A stretch of 64,000 bases of DNA, taken from Chiloscyllium plagiosum. Its lineage: Eukaryota. Under the pieces are notes generated by a model that had not been told where the DNA came from, did not search any database, and saw nothing but the letters and a program-made list of their open reading frames with translations. Each line of letters begins with the position of its first letter. The first letter of the stretch is position 1. The stretch lies in assembly GCF_004010195.1 (NCBI RefSeq), contig NC_057755.1:5149643-5213642 (forward strand). The letters are read 5' to 3'. A program made the translations under genes and the position numbers. Positions 12,890-25,800 of the stretch are shown here, in pieces.

Positions 12890-15389
12890 GCTGTATAAGG
12901 CAGCGTCTCTGTGAATGCATCAGCTCAGAGTTTTAAACAAAGAGCTTGTCAACTGCCTGAACGGACAGATCACCGCAAACGGAGATTAGTGTTAATCGGC
13001 TGCTGATTTGCTCTCTGTCTTTACCATTTGAACAATAATATTTCCAGCTCACTGAATGGTCAGCCTTACCCCGACGCTGGAACTTTGATAGTAATTCACT
13101 GAGCAGCATTCTCGGTACAATTCTCCACTGATTGACGCTCCAAATTTCACGGCTGCTGCAGCATTTTCTGATCTCAGTGTTCTGTCAGATTTGCTGGTTT
13201 CTTGTGATTTGAAGATATGAGAAGGTATCATGCCAGTTAGTTCTGAGGAAGGATCACTGGAATCGAAACGTTTACCCTGCTTTCCCTCTCACAGTCGTTG
13301 CCAGTCCAGCTGAGCAATTGCTGATTTTGTTATGCAGATGAGGCCAGTTTTCGGGAGAATGTCAAAGGTTAAGAAATGATCTGAGCGTTCTCCTGCAAAA
13401 TACTACCAAGCAAAGTCAGAGCAGATCGAGATAAACTATTTCCACTGGTTCGAGATTCTACGACAAGTAGAGTTTGAGAATTCGGGTCCACTACGTTCAG
13501 AAGAGATGTTAGGAAACGCATTGTCACACAAAGGGTGGGAAAGGATCGGAAGTCTCTTCTGCCGAAGGCAGTGGATGCCGGATCAGTCATTAATTTGAAA
13601 TATGAGGTAGACTTTATTGTGTTAAGAAAAGCAACAGAGGTATATAATTTTGGTTCCCCTCCTGGAATGCTCTCCTCCTCACCTTGTCTGTTCAGGGAGT
13701 TCTAATCTTGACAGATTTCCCACTTGATCCCTGCACATCGATACATTTGTCACGTACAGATTTGTAAATTATCAGTGTAAATATCACAGCAATGCTGGCA
13801 CTCACACTTGTCACCGAGAGAACCTTGCCTAAGCTCTGTCGTGCTGCACTTGAGGAAGACACATAGAGTAGTCATATTTGAAATCAAATGTACGTTCTGA
13901 TTACCGGTGTCCTGAATAAAATCCAAAAAGTAAAAAGAAAACTGCGGGTGCTGTAAATTGGAAAAGTAAACAGAATTCTCTGGAAAATCTCTGCTGATTT
14001 GGGTTAACGTTTCGGATCTGGTTCTGACGAAGGGTTACTGGACCTGAAACATTAACAGTGATTTATCTTGACTGATGCTGCCAGATCTGCTGAGCTTTTC
14101 CAAATAATTCTGATTTTGCTTTTGACCTGATTTCTGTTGCGGTTGCTGCTCTGATCAGGATTTGGGCCAATGCAGGAGATGACTTGAATCACGAAGTAGG
14201 GGACAGTCTGGTTCATTGACAGCACAATCGCCAGTCGTATGAATAGTTAGTTGTGAGATTGATAATGGAGTTCACCATCTGCCTGATTTGGACCTGAGAA
14301 ATGTAGGAATCTACTGAAATAGTAAAATTGCAACCAAACAAAATTGTAGACTTGCTTCTGCACTCCTAAAAGGGGCGTGAGCTCAATCTCTGGTTACACT
14401 CTGTAATCTCATGAGTTATTGTCTTGGAGGACAATGTGAGGATGGTGTGGAAGTCTTAAAATTCAAGCTCACTCAAATCCAATCACTTGCACTGACAGCT
14501 GCCGATCTGCTGGTTATTATCACTGATATTATACTAACGTGTTTTCGCTTTTATTATTACACACGGTCTTTCCTGGACACTAGTCCAGTGAGTAGTGTTA
14601 TTGGGGCCTTGTTTCGTGCAGCAAAGGACTGTTCTGTCGGTTCACTGTCACTTTCTCCTTTGACCGATTTATGACCTTCTGCTGTCAGAAGCTGTAAAAG
14701 ATATTGCACTGAGAAAACTGCGACATTGGTTCAAGCAACATCTTGCACCCTGTTCTGTTTGAGAAATGTCCCCTTCTGCTTTGCATATGAACCTTGCGTG
14801 ACAATCAACAATGTGCCATTCTACTGTGAAACAAAGTCAAGCTACAATACTGAGATATGGTGGGTGGCATTAGATTCGCTTGATGTGGTTTTAACCGCTT
14901 TACTGCCATTCGCTTTCATTCTCTTGCTCAACACTGTGACACTTAGACACATTTTCACGATCCCCCCAGACCTCCCCTTCACTGAGGACGAACGATAAGT
15001 TCTCAGCAAAGGCCTACCACGGACGCATTTTAGTGACAAGTCGAGTCTGGAAGAGACTGAAGGGTGCGAGCCAGAGATAGAATTGCAGAGACCCAAAGAT
15101 GGACAGCAGAATGAAATCTATGATTTTTCTCCTCACCATATCGGGAATTTTCGTCCTCCTGTACTTAACTAATGTTGCAGATTTATTATGTTATGTCATT
15201 CAAGGAATCAGTCCTGATGATTTCCTGCCCTTTCTGAATCACTTTGGTATTATTGGTTTCATGCTTTAGATGTGAAGTTGTTGCACAAACACATTTACTT
15301 ATGCAACAGCATCGTCTCGGTTCAGAGTGAAGATCACTCATGCAGTAACATACCTGTTTACAAGAATTCATTGTGATATGAACAAATAA
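12890..15389 (+). pseudogene. GPR139-like pseudogene, inverted paralog of gene A
   Basis: Exon-2 remnant at ~14485-15389 (LTAADLLVIITDIILT..RSFLDTSPV..; YEPCVTINNVPFYCETKSSYNTEIWWVALDSLDVVLTALLPF; ends MNK* like gene A). It has a frameshift near 14638 (TGG lost a base), stops, and an insertion at 14956-15020. Promoter and intron start are retained, but coding exon 1 is absent at ~12985. Confidence 0.9.
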
Positions 15390-16329
15390 AACTTCTCAGT
15401 GATGCAACAGGAGGGTTGTATTTTTTTTTTCCAGACCTCCGAATGAGTTTTCAAAATTCACTCTGGAATATGGGCATCGCGGTCTGGGTCAACATTTATT
15501 ACCCACCCCAACGTGCCCTCTCTTGCGAAGTTGGTGGTGAGCTGCTTTCTTGAAATGCTGCAGTGCTGTAGGTAGACCCACAATGTTGATAGGGAGAAAA
15601 TTCTTGCAACTTGACGCTGCAATAGTCAGTCATGGCGATGGTGAGTGGCACAGAGGGGAATTTACAGTGGTGTGGTGTTCACATGTTACTGCTGCCCTTG
15701 CCCTTCGAGACGGAAGTAGTCTTGGGTTCAGAATTGCCGTCTAAGGATATTTGCAGAGTACCTGCACTGCGTCGCGTAGACAGTATGCACCGCTGCCCCT
15801 GTGTGTCTGTGGTGGAAGGAGGGGATGTTTGTGGATGTGGGCCCCATCAAGTGGAGATGCTTTGCCTTGGATGATTTCGAGTTTCATGAATATTATTGGA
15901 GCTGCCCCTATTCAGGGCAAATGGAAAGTATGTATTCACACTCTTGACAGAGGCCACTTATTCCAGCGCAGAGCGAGAGTGAGCTGTGAACCTGTGGATA
16001 ACTCATCGTGGCACAAGCCAAAGAAATTGTCCAGGGAAATACAATTTCCCACTGGATTCTTACTTTTAACTTCTATAAATTTCAACCAAAATCAATGACT
16101 TACGAGGTACAAAATGAAACTAAATAAAATGTTTTTTTGTGTTTGTGCCCTACAATGAAATGCATAGGTTAAGAGTAGAAGTTAAGGGTACGAACATTAT
16201 CAGTATCAATCAGGGCCCATGGTGTTAGATGTAAAGTGCTCGCATGGCTAGATGATTGGCTGTCTGACAGAAAGCAGAGAGTTGGAGTAAAAGGTCCTTC
16301 TCAGGATGGTAGCTGGTGAGTAGTGAGTT

Positions 16330-19090
16330 TCTTTTATTCATTTGTGGGACTTGAGCATGGATGGCTGGTCAGCATTGATTGCCCATCCCTATTTTCCCTT
16401 GAGAATGTGATGGTGCGCTGCCATCTTGAATCGCTGCAGTCCATTTGCTGTGGGTTCACCCATAATGCCGGTAGGGAGGAAATTCTAAGACTTTGACCCA
16501 ACAACTGTGAATGAACGGCGGTACATTTCCAAGTCAGAGTGGTGAGGGACTTGGAAGGAAACTTGCAGGTGGTGGTGTTCCCAAGTACCTGCTGCCCTTG
16601 TCCTTCTAGCTGGAAGTGCTCATGGGTTTGGGGGGTGCTTTCGGAGGATCTGTGGTGAATTTCTGCAGTGCACCTTGTTTATTGTACACACTGCTACTAC
16701 TGAGTGTCGGTGGTGGAGGGGTTGAATATTCGTAGAAGTTGTGACAATCAAGCGGGTTGCATTGTCTGACAGGTGTCAAACTCCTTGAGTGTTGTTGGAG
16801 CTGCACCCATCCACGGAGGTGAGGAGTATTCCATCACACTCCTGAGTTGTGCCTTATAGATGGTGGATAAAGGTGAGTTACTCTTCACAGTATCCCAGGT
16901 CTCTAACTTGCTGTTGTAGTCACTGTGTTTATATGGTGAGTCCAGTTGAATTTCTGTTCAATGTTAACTGCAAGAGTGTTGACAGTGGGGGACTCAGTGA
17001 TGGAAACATCATTGAGTGTCAAGGGGTTGAGAGTAGAGTGTCTCTTATTGCTGATAGTCATTGTCTGGCATTTGTGTGGCGCGAGTGTGACTCGCCACTT
17101 GTAGGCCAAAGCCTGGATATTGTCCAGAACTTGTTGCATTTGAGCACTGACTGCTTCACTATTTCTGGAGTTACGAATGGTGCTGAATACTGTGCAATCA
17201 TTGCTGAACATTCCCACTTCTGACCTTATGACAGAGGGCAGGTCATTGATGAAGCATCTGAAGATTCTTGGGCATAGGACACTACCCTGGGGGATTTCTG
17301 CAGAAATGTCCTGGAGCTGACCGTCCACAACAACAACCATATTCCTTTGTGCCAGGTATGACTCTAACCAGCGGAGTGTTTGCCCCCTGATGTCCATTGA
17401 TTCCAGTTTTTCCAGGGCTCCGTGATGCCATACACATTCAAATGCGGCCTTGATGTCGAGGGCTGTCACTATCACCTCACCTCTGGAATTCAGCTCTTTT
17501 GTCCATGTTCAATAAGGCTGCAATGGGGCCAGCAGCTGAGTGATCCAAATGAAACCCAAACATGGCATCACTGAGCAGGTTATTGCTGAGCAGCTGTTGC
17601 TTGATAACAGTGTTGATGACACCTTCCATTACTTTACTGATTTTCAAGGATACACTGATTGGGCAGTCATTGTCCATTTGGATATGTCAGACATTGGTTT
17701 GTGCAGAGCAGACCTGGGCAATCTTTCACATTGTCAGTAGATGTCTCTGTTGTAACTGTACGGGAGGAGCTAGGCGAGGGGAGCAGCAAGTTCTGAGCAG
17801 CTGTCTGCAGTACTATTGTGGTATCCACTGCCTACAGCCGTTTCATATGGAATGGATTGAATTGGCTGGTCACTGGTATTTGTGATGCTGGGGACGACTA
17901 GAGAAGTTTCAGATGGATCAACCACTTGACGCTTCTGGCTGGGAATACATCAGCCTTATCTATTGCACTGATGTGCTGGGCTCCTCCATCACTGAGGAAG
18001 AGGATATTTCTGGACCCTCCTACTCCAGTGTGTTGCTTGATTATTCACCACCATTCACGACGGGATGTGGAAGGACTGCAGAGCGTAGAACTGGTCGGTT
18101 GGTTGTGGGATCGCTTGACTCTGTCTACCAATTGCTGTTTATGCCGTTCGGCACGCAGGTAGTCCTGCTTTGTCACTTCACCAGGTTGACATCTCATTTT
18201 TCGGTAAGTCAGATGCTGGTCCTGGCATACGCTTCCGCACTCTCCATTGAACCAGGGTTGATGGTAATGGTTGAGTGGGGTATATGCCAGGCCACGAAGT
18301 TACGGATTGTGTGGAGTACAATTCTGGTCCTGTTGTTTGGGCCACAGCGCCTCATGGATGCCCAGACTTGAGCTACAAGATCGGTTCGAAGTGTGTCCCA
18401 ATTTCCGCAGTGATGGTGCCACACAAGATAATGGAGGTTATTCTCAATGTGAAAGCAGGCCCTCGTCTCCACAAGGACAGTGAAGTGGTCACTTTTGCCA
18501 ATACTGTCATTGACAGATGCTTCTGCAGCCGGCAGATTCGTGAGGATGAGTTCAAGTATGCTTTTTTCCACTTGTTGGTTCCTTCACTAACTGCCACTAA
18601 CCCGGTCATATTGGACCCCATGAGCTCGTTCAGCAACACTGCCACCGAGCCACTCTTGCTGGTGGACATTGAAATCCCCCACCAAAAGTGCAATTTATGT
18701 CCTTGCCACCCTCAGTGCTTCCTCTAAGTGGTGTTCAACATGAAGGAGAACAGTACGTGGTAAACAGTAAGAGGTTTCCTTTCCCATGTTTAACCTGAAG
18801 CCATGAGATTTCCTGGGGTCCAGAGTCGATGTCAAGGACTCCCAGGGCAATTCCCTTCTTCGAGTATGCCACTGTGCCGCCACCTCCACTAGTTCTGTCC
18901 TACCAGTTAAACAGGACACATCCAGGAATGGGAATGGTGGCGTTTGGGGTATTATCTCTAAGGTGATTCCATTAAATGACAATGTAGGGCTGTTGCTGGA
19001 CTAATTTGCGAGACAGCTCTCTCAATTTTGGCACGAGCCCCAGATGTTGGTAAGGAGGACGTTTCAGGGTCGACAGAGCTGTTTGTGATT
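16330..19090 (-). mobile_element. Degraded non-LTR retrotransposon of the CR1/L2 supergroup (APE endonuclease + RT + 3' UTR)
   Basis: ALDIKAAFECVWHHG..RWLESYL..IPQGSVLCP..FINDL (RT) and ILELILTN..IGKSDHFTV (endonuclease), with many frameshifts. The 3' tail is gggcaatcaatgctg...aatgaataaaag. Related fragments lie at 1.4-1.8, 15.45-15.95 and 39.3-39.85 kb. Confidence 0.88.
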
Positions 19091-19169
19091 TTCTGGTTGT
19101 ATTTTCCGGTTCTGAGTTCGATTCCAGGGGTCCACAAGGTTCACTGTTGCGATCACCACGTTTCATTCT

Positions 19170-22100
19170 ATACACTGATGATCTAATTGTAGGACTGAGG
19201 GCATTCTGGCTAAGATTGCAGACGACATAAATATAGGTAGAGTGACAAGTAGAATTGCGGAGGTGGGGAGCCTGCAGGCAGATTTGGACAGGTTCAGAGA
19301 TTGGTCAAATTAGTGGCAGATGGTTTATAGTGTGGGATAGTTTGAAGTCATTCAGTTTGGTAGGAAGAATAGAGGCACGGACTATTTTCTAAATAGTGAG
19401 AAAAATCAGAAGTCTGAATTGCAAAGAGACTTGCGAGATCTTGCCCAGGATTCTCTCAAGGCAAACGTGGAGGTTGAGTCAGTAGTTTGGAAGGCAAATG
19501 CAGGATTCGCATTTATTTTAGAGTCCTAGAATATAAAAGCAGTGATGCTTTATAAGGCACTGGTCAGACCGCATTTGGAGTATTCTGCGCAGGTTTGGGC
19601 CCCATTTCACATGAAGAATGTACCGGACCTGGAGCGTGTTCATAGGAGGTTCATGAGAATGGTTCCAGGAATGAAAATCTTCACATATGAGGAACGTTTG
19701 AGGACTACCTGGGGCTAAGAGGCTATTACCATGATGGAGACGTGGGTTTCACAGGGGCAGGAATGGTTGCTTGATGTTCCGGGGTTTAGAACATTTATAA
19801 ATAACAGGGAGGGTGGAAAATGAGGAGGAGGTGTAGCATTGCTAATCAGAGAGTGCATCACAGCTACAGAAACGAAGGTTTGTGAGGAAAGTTTGTCTAC
19901 TGAATCAGTATGGGTGGAAGTTAGGAACAGCAAGGGAACAGCAAGGGAACAGCATTGGGGGTTTTTCTACAGTCCCCCTAATAGCAGTAGAGAGAGCGAA
20001 GAACTCGTAGGCGTGCAGATTTTGGAAAAATGTAGACGGAGAAGGGTTGTTATTATGGGTGACTTCAACATACCCAATATCGACTGGAACCTCCTTAGTG
20101 CAGATGGTTTGAATGGAGCCGTTTTTGTCCGTTGTTTTCAGGAGGGTTTCCTTACTCAGTAAGTAGACAGGCCGACGGGGGAGAGGATATTTTGAATTTG
20201 GTGCTCGGCAAAGACCGAGCAGGTGTCGGATCTTGCGGTGAGAGAACACTTTGGTGACAGTGACCACAACAGCCTCACACTTAACAACCTTGGAGAGGGC
20301 AAGGAGCAGTTAACAAGGTAAGATATTTAATTGGGGAAAATGAAACTATGACGCTATCAGACAGGAATTGGGAAATACAGGGTGGGAGGAATTGCTCCAC
20401 AGGAAAGGCACAGCAGACATGTGGTGACTGTCCAAGGAGTCGTCGTTGCGAGTGATGCACGAATTTGTCCCTCTGAGACAGGTAAGAAAGGATAAGGTTA
20501 AGGAGCCTTGGATGACGAGAACAGAGGAGTATATCGTCAAAAGGAAGAAGGCAGCTTACGTAAGGTAGAAGAAAGAAGGAATTAGCACAGATTTAGACAA
20601 TTACAGACTTGTTCAAAAGGCGCTCAGACATGGACTGAGGAGAACCAGGAGTGGGGAAGAAAAAGGCTTGGCAGGAAGGATTAGGGAGAACACAAAGGCA
20701 TTTTACTCATACGTGAGGAATAAGAGAATGTTCAGGGAGAAGGTAGGGTTGATCAGGGATATTACTAGGCTATTCTGGGAAGTGAGAAAGAAGGTTGCTA
20801 AGCTGCTGGCGAAGTTCTTTGTTTCCTCAATTTCCACGGGAGTCATATCGGAAGATTGGAAGGAAACAAATGTTCTTCCTCTTTTTATGAAAACAAATGG
20901 GGAAATCCCTGGCAATTACACACCAGTCAGACTTACATCTTGGTCAGCACAGTTTTGGAAAGAATTCTGAGGGATCGGATTTATGATAATTTGGAGAAAC
21001 ATAGCATGATGAAAGGTAGTCAGCATGGCTTTGTGAGGGGCAGGTCATGCCTGAGTAACGTTATTGAATTCTTTGAGTTGGTGACTAGACAGGTCAGTGA
21101 AGGTCGAGAGGTGGATGTGGTGTATCTGGACTTCAGAAAGGCATTTGATAAGGTTCCCCATGGTAGGTTCATTCATAAAGTCAGGAGGTATGGGATACAG
21201 GGACATTTTGTTTTCTGGATTCAGAACTGATTGGCCGACAGAAGGCAGAAATGGTTGTAGATGGAAAGTATTCTACCTGGACGTCAGTTTTGAGTGGTAT
21301 CCCACAGGGTTCTGTTCTTGGGCCTCTGCCCTTTGTAGTGTTTTTCATAAATAACTTGGATGAGGAGGTTGAGAAGTGGGTTCGTAAATTTGCAGATGAC
21401 CCAAAGGTTGGAGGTGCTGTTGATAGTATCGAGGGCAATTGCTGTCTGTAGTGTGACATAGATAGGCTGCAGAGCTAGGCTGAGAAATTGCAAATGGAGT
21501 TCAACCTGGATTAATGCGAAGTTTGCAAGTTCGATCTCGAATGTTTAATATCGGGTTAAAGACAGGATTCTTGGCAGAAGGGAGAAATAGAGGGATCTTG
21601 GTGTTCAAATACATAAATTCCTCAAAGTTGCCATCCAAGTGAATTGGGTTTTAAGAAAGCATATGATGTTTTGGCTTGCATTAATAGGGGCATCGAGTTT
21701 AAGATCTGCGAGGTTTTTCTACAGTTCTACAAGTCCCTGGTGACACTACACTTGGAATATTGTGTACAGTTCTTGTCGCCCTACTATATGAAATATACAG
21801 AGTCTTTGGAGCGGGTACAAAAGAAGGCTTACCAGCATGCTGCCTGGACTGGAGGGCTTGTATTATGAAGAGTAGTTGAGTAAGCTCGGACATTTCTCTC
21901 TGGAGAGAAGGAGGAAGAGAGGTGACCTGATAGAGGTACACATGATAATGCGAAGCATGGATATTCAATAGCCAGAGACTTTTCTCCAGGGCAGGACTTA
22001 CTGGCACGAGGGGTCATAGCTTTAGGATATTAGAAGAAAGGTATAGAGGAGACGTCAGAGGTAGGTTATTTGTGCAGACAGTTGTAAATGCATGGAATGC

Positions 22101-22715
22101 GTTGCCAGAGGTGTTGGTAGAATCAGAGTCATTAGAGCCATTTAAGCGACTGCTGGACATGCACATGCACAGCAGTAAATTGAGGGATGTGTAGGTGAAG
22201 TTATTTTATTTTACATTAGGATTAATCCTCGGCACAACATCGTGGGCTGAAGTGACTGTTCTGCGCTGTATTTTTGTATGTTCTATGTTCTATGACTCTG
22301 AGTTCGTACTCGATAGAGTTTAGAAGGATGATGGAAGATCTAATTGAAACTCACAGAATACCGAATGGCCTGGACAGAGTAGATGTGCGAGCATGTTTCC
22401 TTTGGTAGGAGAGACTATGACCCATGACCATAGTCTTAGAGTAAAGGGAAGACCTTTTTGAACAGAGATAAGAAGCAACTGCATCAGTCAGAGAGTGGTG
22501 AATGTATGGAATGAATTGCCACCGAAGGCTGTGGAAGCCAGGTCATTGAGTGTATGCAAGACGGAGATTGATAGGCTTTTGAGTATCAAGGGGATCAAAG
22601 GTTATGGGAGACAAAGGGAAAATGGTGTTCATAAACTCCTCTGCCATGATTGAATAGCAGAGTAGACTAGTTGAGCCGAATGACCTAATTTCTAGGCCTA
22701 TGGTTTTATGGTCTT
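19170..22715 (+). mobile_element. Nested CR1 LINEs: an older copy (19170-19707, resuming 22294-22715) interrupted by a second CR1 (~19708-22293)
   Basis: The outer copy breaks at YEERLRT and resumes with ctgagttcgtactcgatagagtttagaagg. The inner copy has ESVWVEVRN, MGDFNIPNIDW, SQHGFVRGRSC, YLDFRKAFDKVPH and PQGSVLGP, and ends in (TTCTATG)n. Confidence 0.88.
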
Positions 22716-22814
22716 TTGTTAAATGATGCTGCAGGCTTCATGGGCCTTATAGACTACTGACGCTCCTGTGTCACATGGTCCTTATGGAGAATGATGCCGA
22801 TGGCTCAGTGGACC

Positions 22815-25800
22815 TGTGAAATATTGTGAACCAGATACCTGCATGATGGGAAAATTGGCCAACTCCTGATTGAAACATACTCTTTGACTACCCTTTATAC
22901 GACCCCAGACGTGCCTGACACAACACAAATTAAGACTATAACAAAGGTCAATGCATTTCTAACTTCAGCAGGACTTAGCGTAGGCTTAACCCACGTAAAT
23001 ACTGAATTCTTCGTAGACCTCTGCAGAACTTGGTCAAGCTGGCTCCACATAAATTCTGGGATAATGACCAACCCAAATAAAGATACTCCACAAAATCTTT
23101 TCAACACCAACAAGGATGAGATTATGAGATGACGTATGTTGCACCAGGTTATGGGAGGTCAATATGATAGACCTCTGAAGTAATAACACAGATCATAATT
23201 CAAAGTACCAGTCTAATGGATGACTAACCTCTAGTGATATGTATTGCTAGCGATTGATCAGTTTTAAGTATAAATATTCCTGCTATTCTCTCTGTAAGTG
23301 CGAACTTTTGAGAGACTCAGAGTTGTGGTCAACTCTCTCTTTCCAAATTCAGTCACTCTACATGCAGTTTCCCTGTTAATAAGGACCGATTGTTTAGTCG
23401 GAATAAGGTTTGTTGAACTTTTGTTGAGTGTTGTAGAGTTTAGCTCTGACAGTCTTGTGGCTATTTTTAATCCATTTCTACATTTGGCACTGCTGAGCAA
23501 AAACCAATTACTCTGAGGAAATTCTGTGAGGTACTGAAGAAACCATACACACACGACCCAGAGGCGAGAGACGGACGAGCGCCACAAAGTAAGCTTTAGC
23601 CTTTGTCTCCTTCTTTCTCTTGGCATGGTGCTGCGACCCCTCGTCCCTTGTAGAGGACACAAACAGGTGACAGTTTCCGAATCTAAATTCTAAGTTTTTT
23701 TTTCTTCAGTCGACTGCGATTAAAGTGCAATGGAACAGCATCCAGTTGTTGGCTAACCAGGAAGTGTGCACAGGATTTTTTTTGATTTAACATCAGAGGA
23801 AGTGTTACTTTTCCGATTGGGTCTGGGACACTGGTTGCTTTTTGGTATCACGAGTAACGAAGTGCTGTAGAGTATTGTGTGGGACAAGCCTTAAACAAGA
23901 CAAAGCGTAATTCACTCTTGTAATTTATATGCTCTGAATTTCCTGAGCAGGGACGTAATTTTCACTGTCTTTCCGCAGCATTCAACAATAAATTGGGTAG
24001 AGACATTGGCTACTAGGGGCAGTTGGAATGTTGAAAATTGCAAAACTGCTGAAAATGCAATCTGGATGCAAAATGCAGATTCCAAATGGAAAACGCTAAT
24101 TTGAAATTGGGCAAAGGAATTGACTAGCCTCCTCGAGCACACGCGATTAATTAGTTGGCGGGATAATTCTCATATACAGGGAACTGACGAATGCACAAAT
24201 GGTAAAATGAAGGATTGGGAAACATTAAATTTTGAGTGCGCACGATTGAGAAATCAGGACCTGAAACAAGCAGTTGCAAGTAACAGTTAGGCAGGACGAG
24301 CCCAGAAGATTCAAGTGAACGAGGAACCTCCCAGTTGCTCTGGAATGGTGATATTACCCGATTCCGTTCATATGGGCGAGGAAGAGGCTCTTCGACTCGC
24401 TGTTATCCCCATGGCCCAACTGCAACCTCCTACTCATTATTCAGCTCCCATGGACCCTCTTGCTTCCCGCAGTAGAAACTCTCGGCGACACAAAAGCCCT
24501 GCGCCTTCCTTGATCAGTCTTTCCATAATATTTCTCTTCACTCTCAGACGAGACGCACTTAACCTCCGCCGCCATCCCCAGTCAATTTTCCACCTAGGGC
24601 TGTGAACAATCCTCGAGCTGCTCGTCACGACCAAATGCATTAGTCCGTTGAGTTCTGGCAGGTCTTCAATCCCAGTGGCTGTGATTAATCATGACACACT
24701 GTCCAATCTGCAGGGATGACCCAGAAGTGTTAATTAAATAGTTAAGACACATTGCAAGCATGCACAATGCTGCCACTCAGGACTAATATTCCCTTATTTA
24801 TGCCTCTCTTCCGGCTGAATGGGGGGAAATGTGGAAGGCTGATTTGGGAGCAAACGGGGACACGTGTTATGTTTTGTGCTGCGCACCACAATGAGAATGA
24901 TCAGCATAAGCTGATGTTCACATCATTGAAATGTCCACTCCGTAAATCCGTGATAATCTCCAAACTCCTTAACTGTCGACCCATCCCAAGGGACAACAGT
25001 ATTTCATTTTATAATGTTTCAGTGGCAGTTAAGCCCTGTCTTCTGGAGATGCAACTTTTCCCGAAGGGAGACAGTCTCCTCAGTTCAATGTAATGCTAAC
25101 GCTGGTTTTGCATAATCGGGTAGCATCCTGTGTATGAATGGTCAGATAATTCAGAATCCCAGATACGACGTGCAGAATCATACTATTTGAGCAATGGCCA
25201 TGACTGCTTACCAGGACACGACATTATGTCGTGACCCAATTTTGAGTTCATACAAAGACCTGCTCATTGCCGTTCTCCGAGCCCCACTATGAAACGGAGA
25301 CACCAGCCTGACCGGCACATATACAGATAATTTCCTACTGACCCCTGCGCTACACCACGATATCCCTTACCTCTACTGCTTGATTTCGCAATGGGCAAGT
25401 GGGCCATTATACCAGAGCTTGACCGCTTCCTCACAAATGGGACCATGGTTCTCATTGTAAACAGACATCCTTCACTACCTTTTTGAACAGCCAGAACTAA
25501 CTTGCTGGTCTCTCACGAGACCACGCTGACCATCCCACAGCTGCAATTAATGGTGAAGTTGCCCCTCTTCCCTTTCTGACTGACAGTGGCGTGACTCATT
25601 CTCGACTGGCTTTGTCTTTGTTCAAAGGTATAAACTTCCACTTTCTGATAAGCATGTCAGGTTTCTGGTTTCATGTGTGAATGTTTGGTTTACCTACAAA
25701 AGCAGCTGCTCACTGTCCAGGTTGAGGACCGTGACTGATGTATCCCCTTCACTGTCACTCAGGACTTAGGTGTTAACCTGGCCAGAAGCGATTTACTCTG

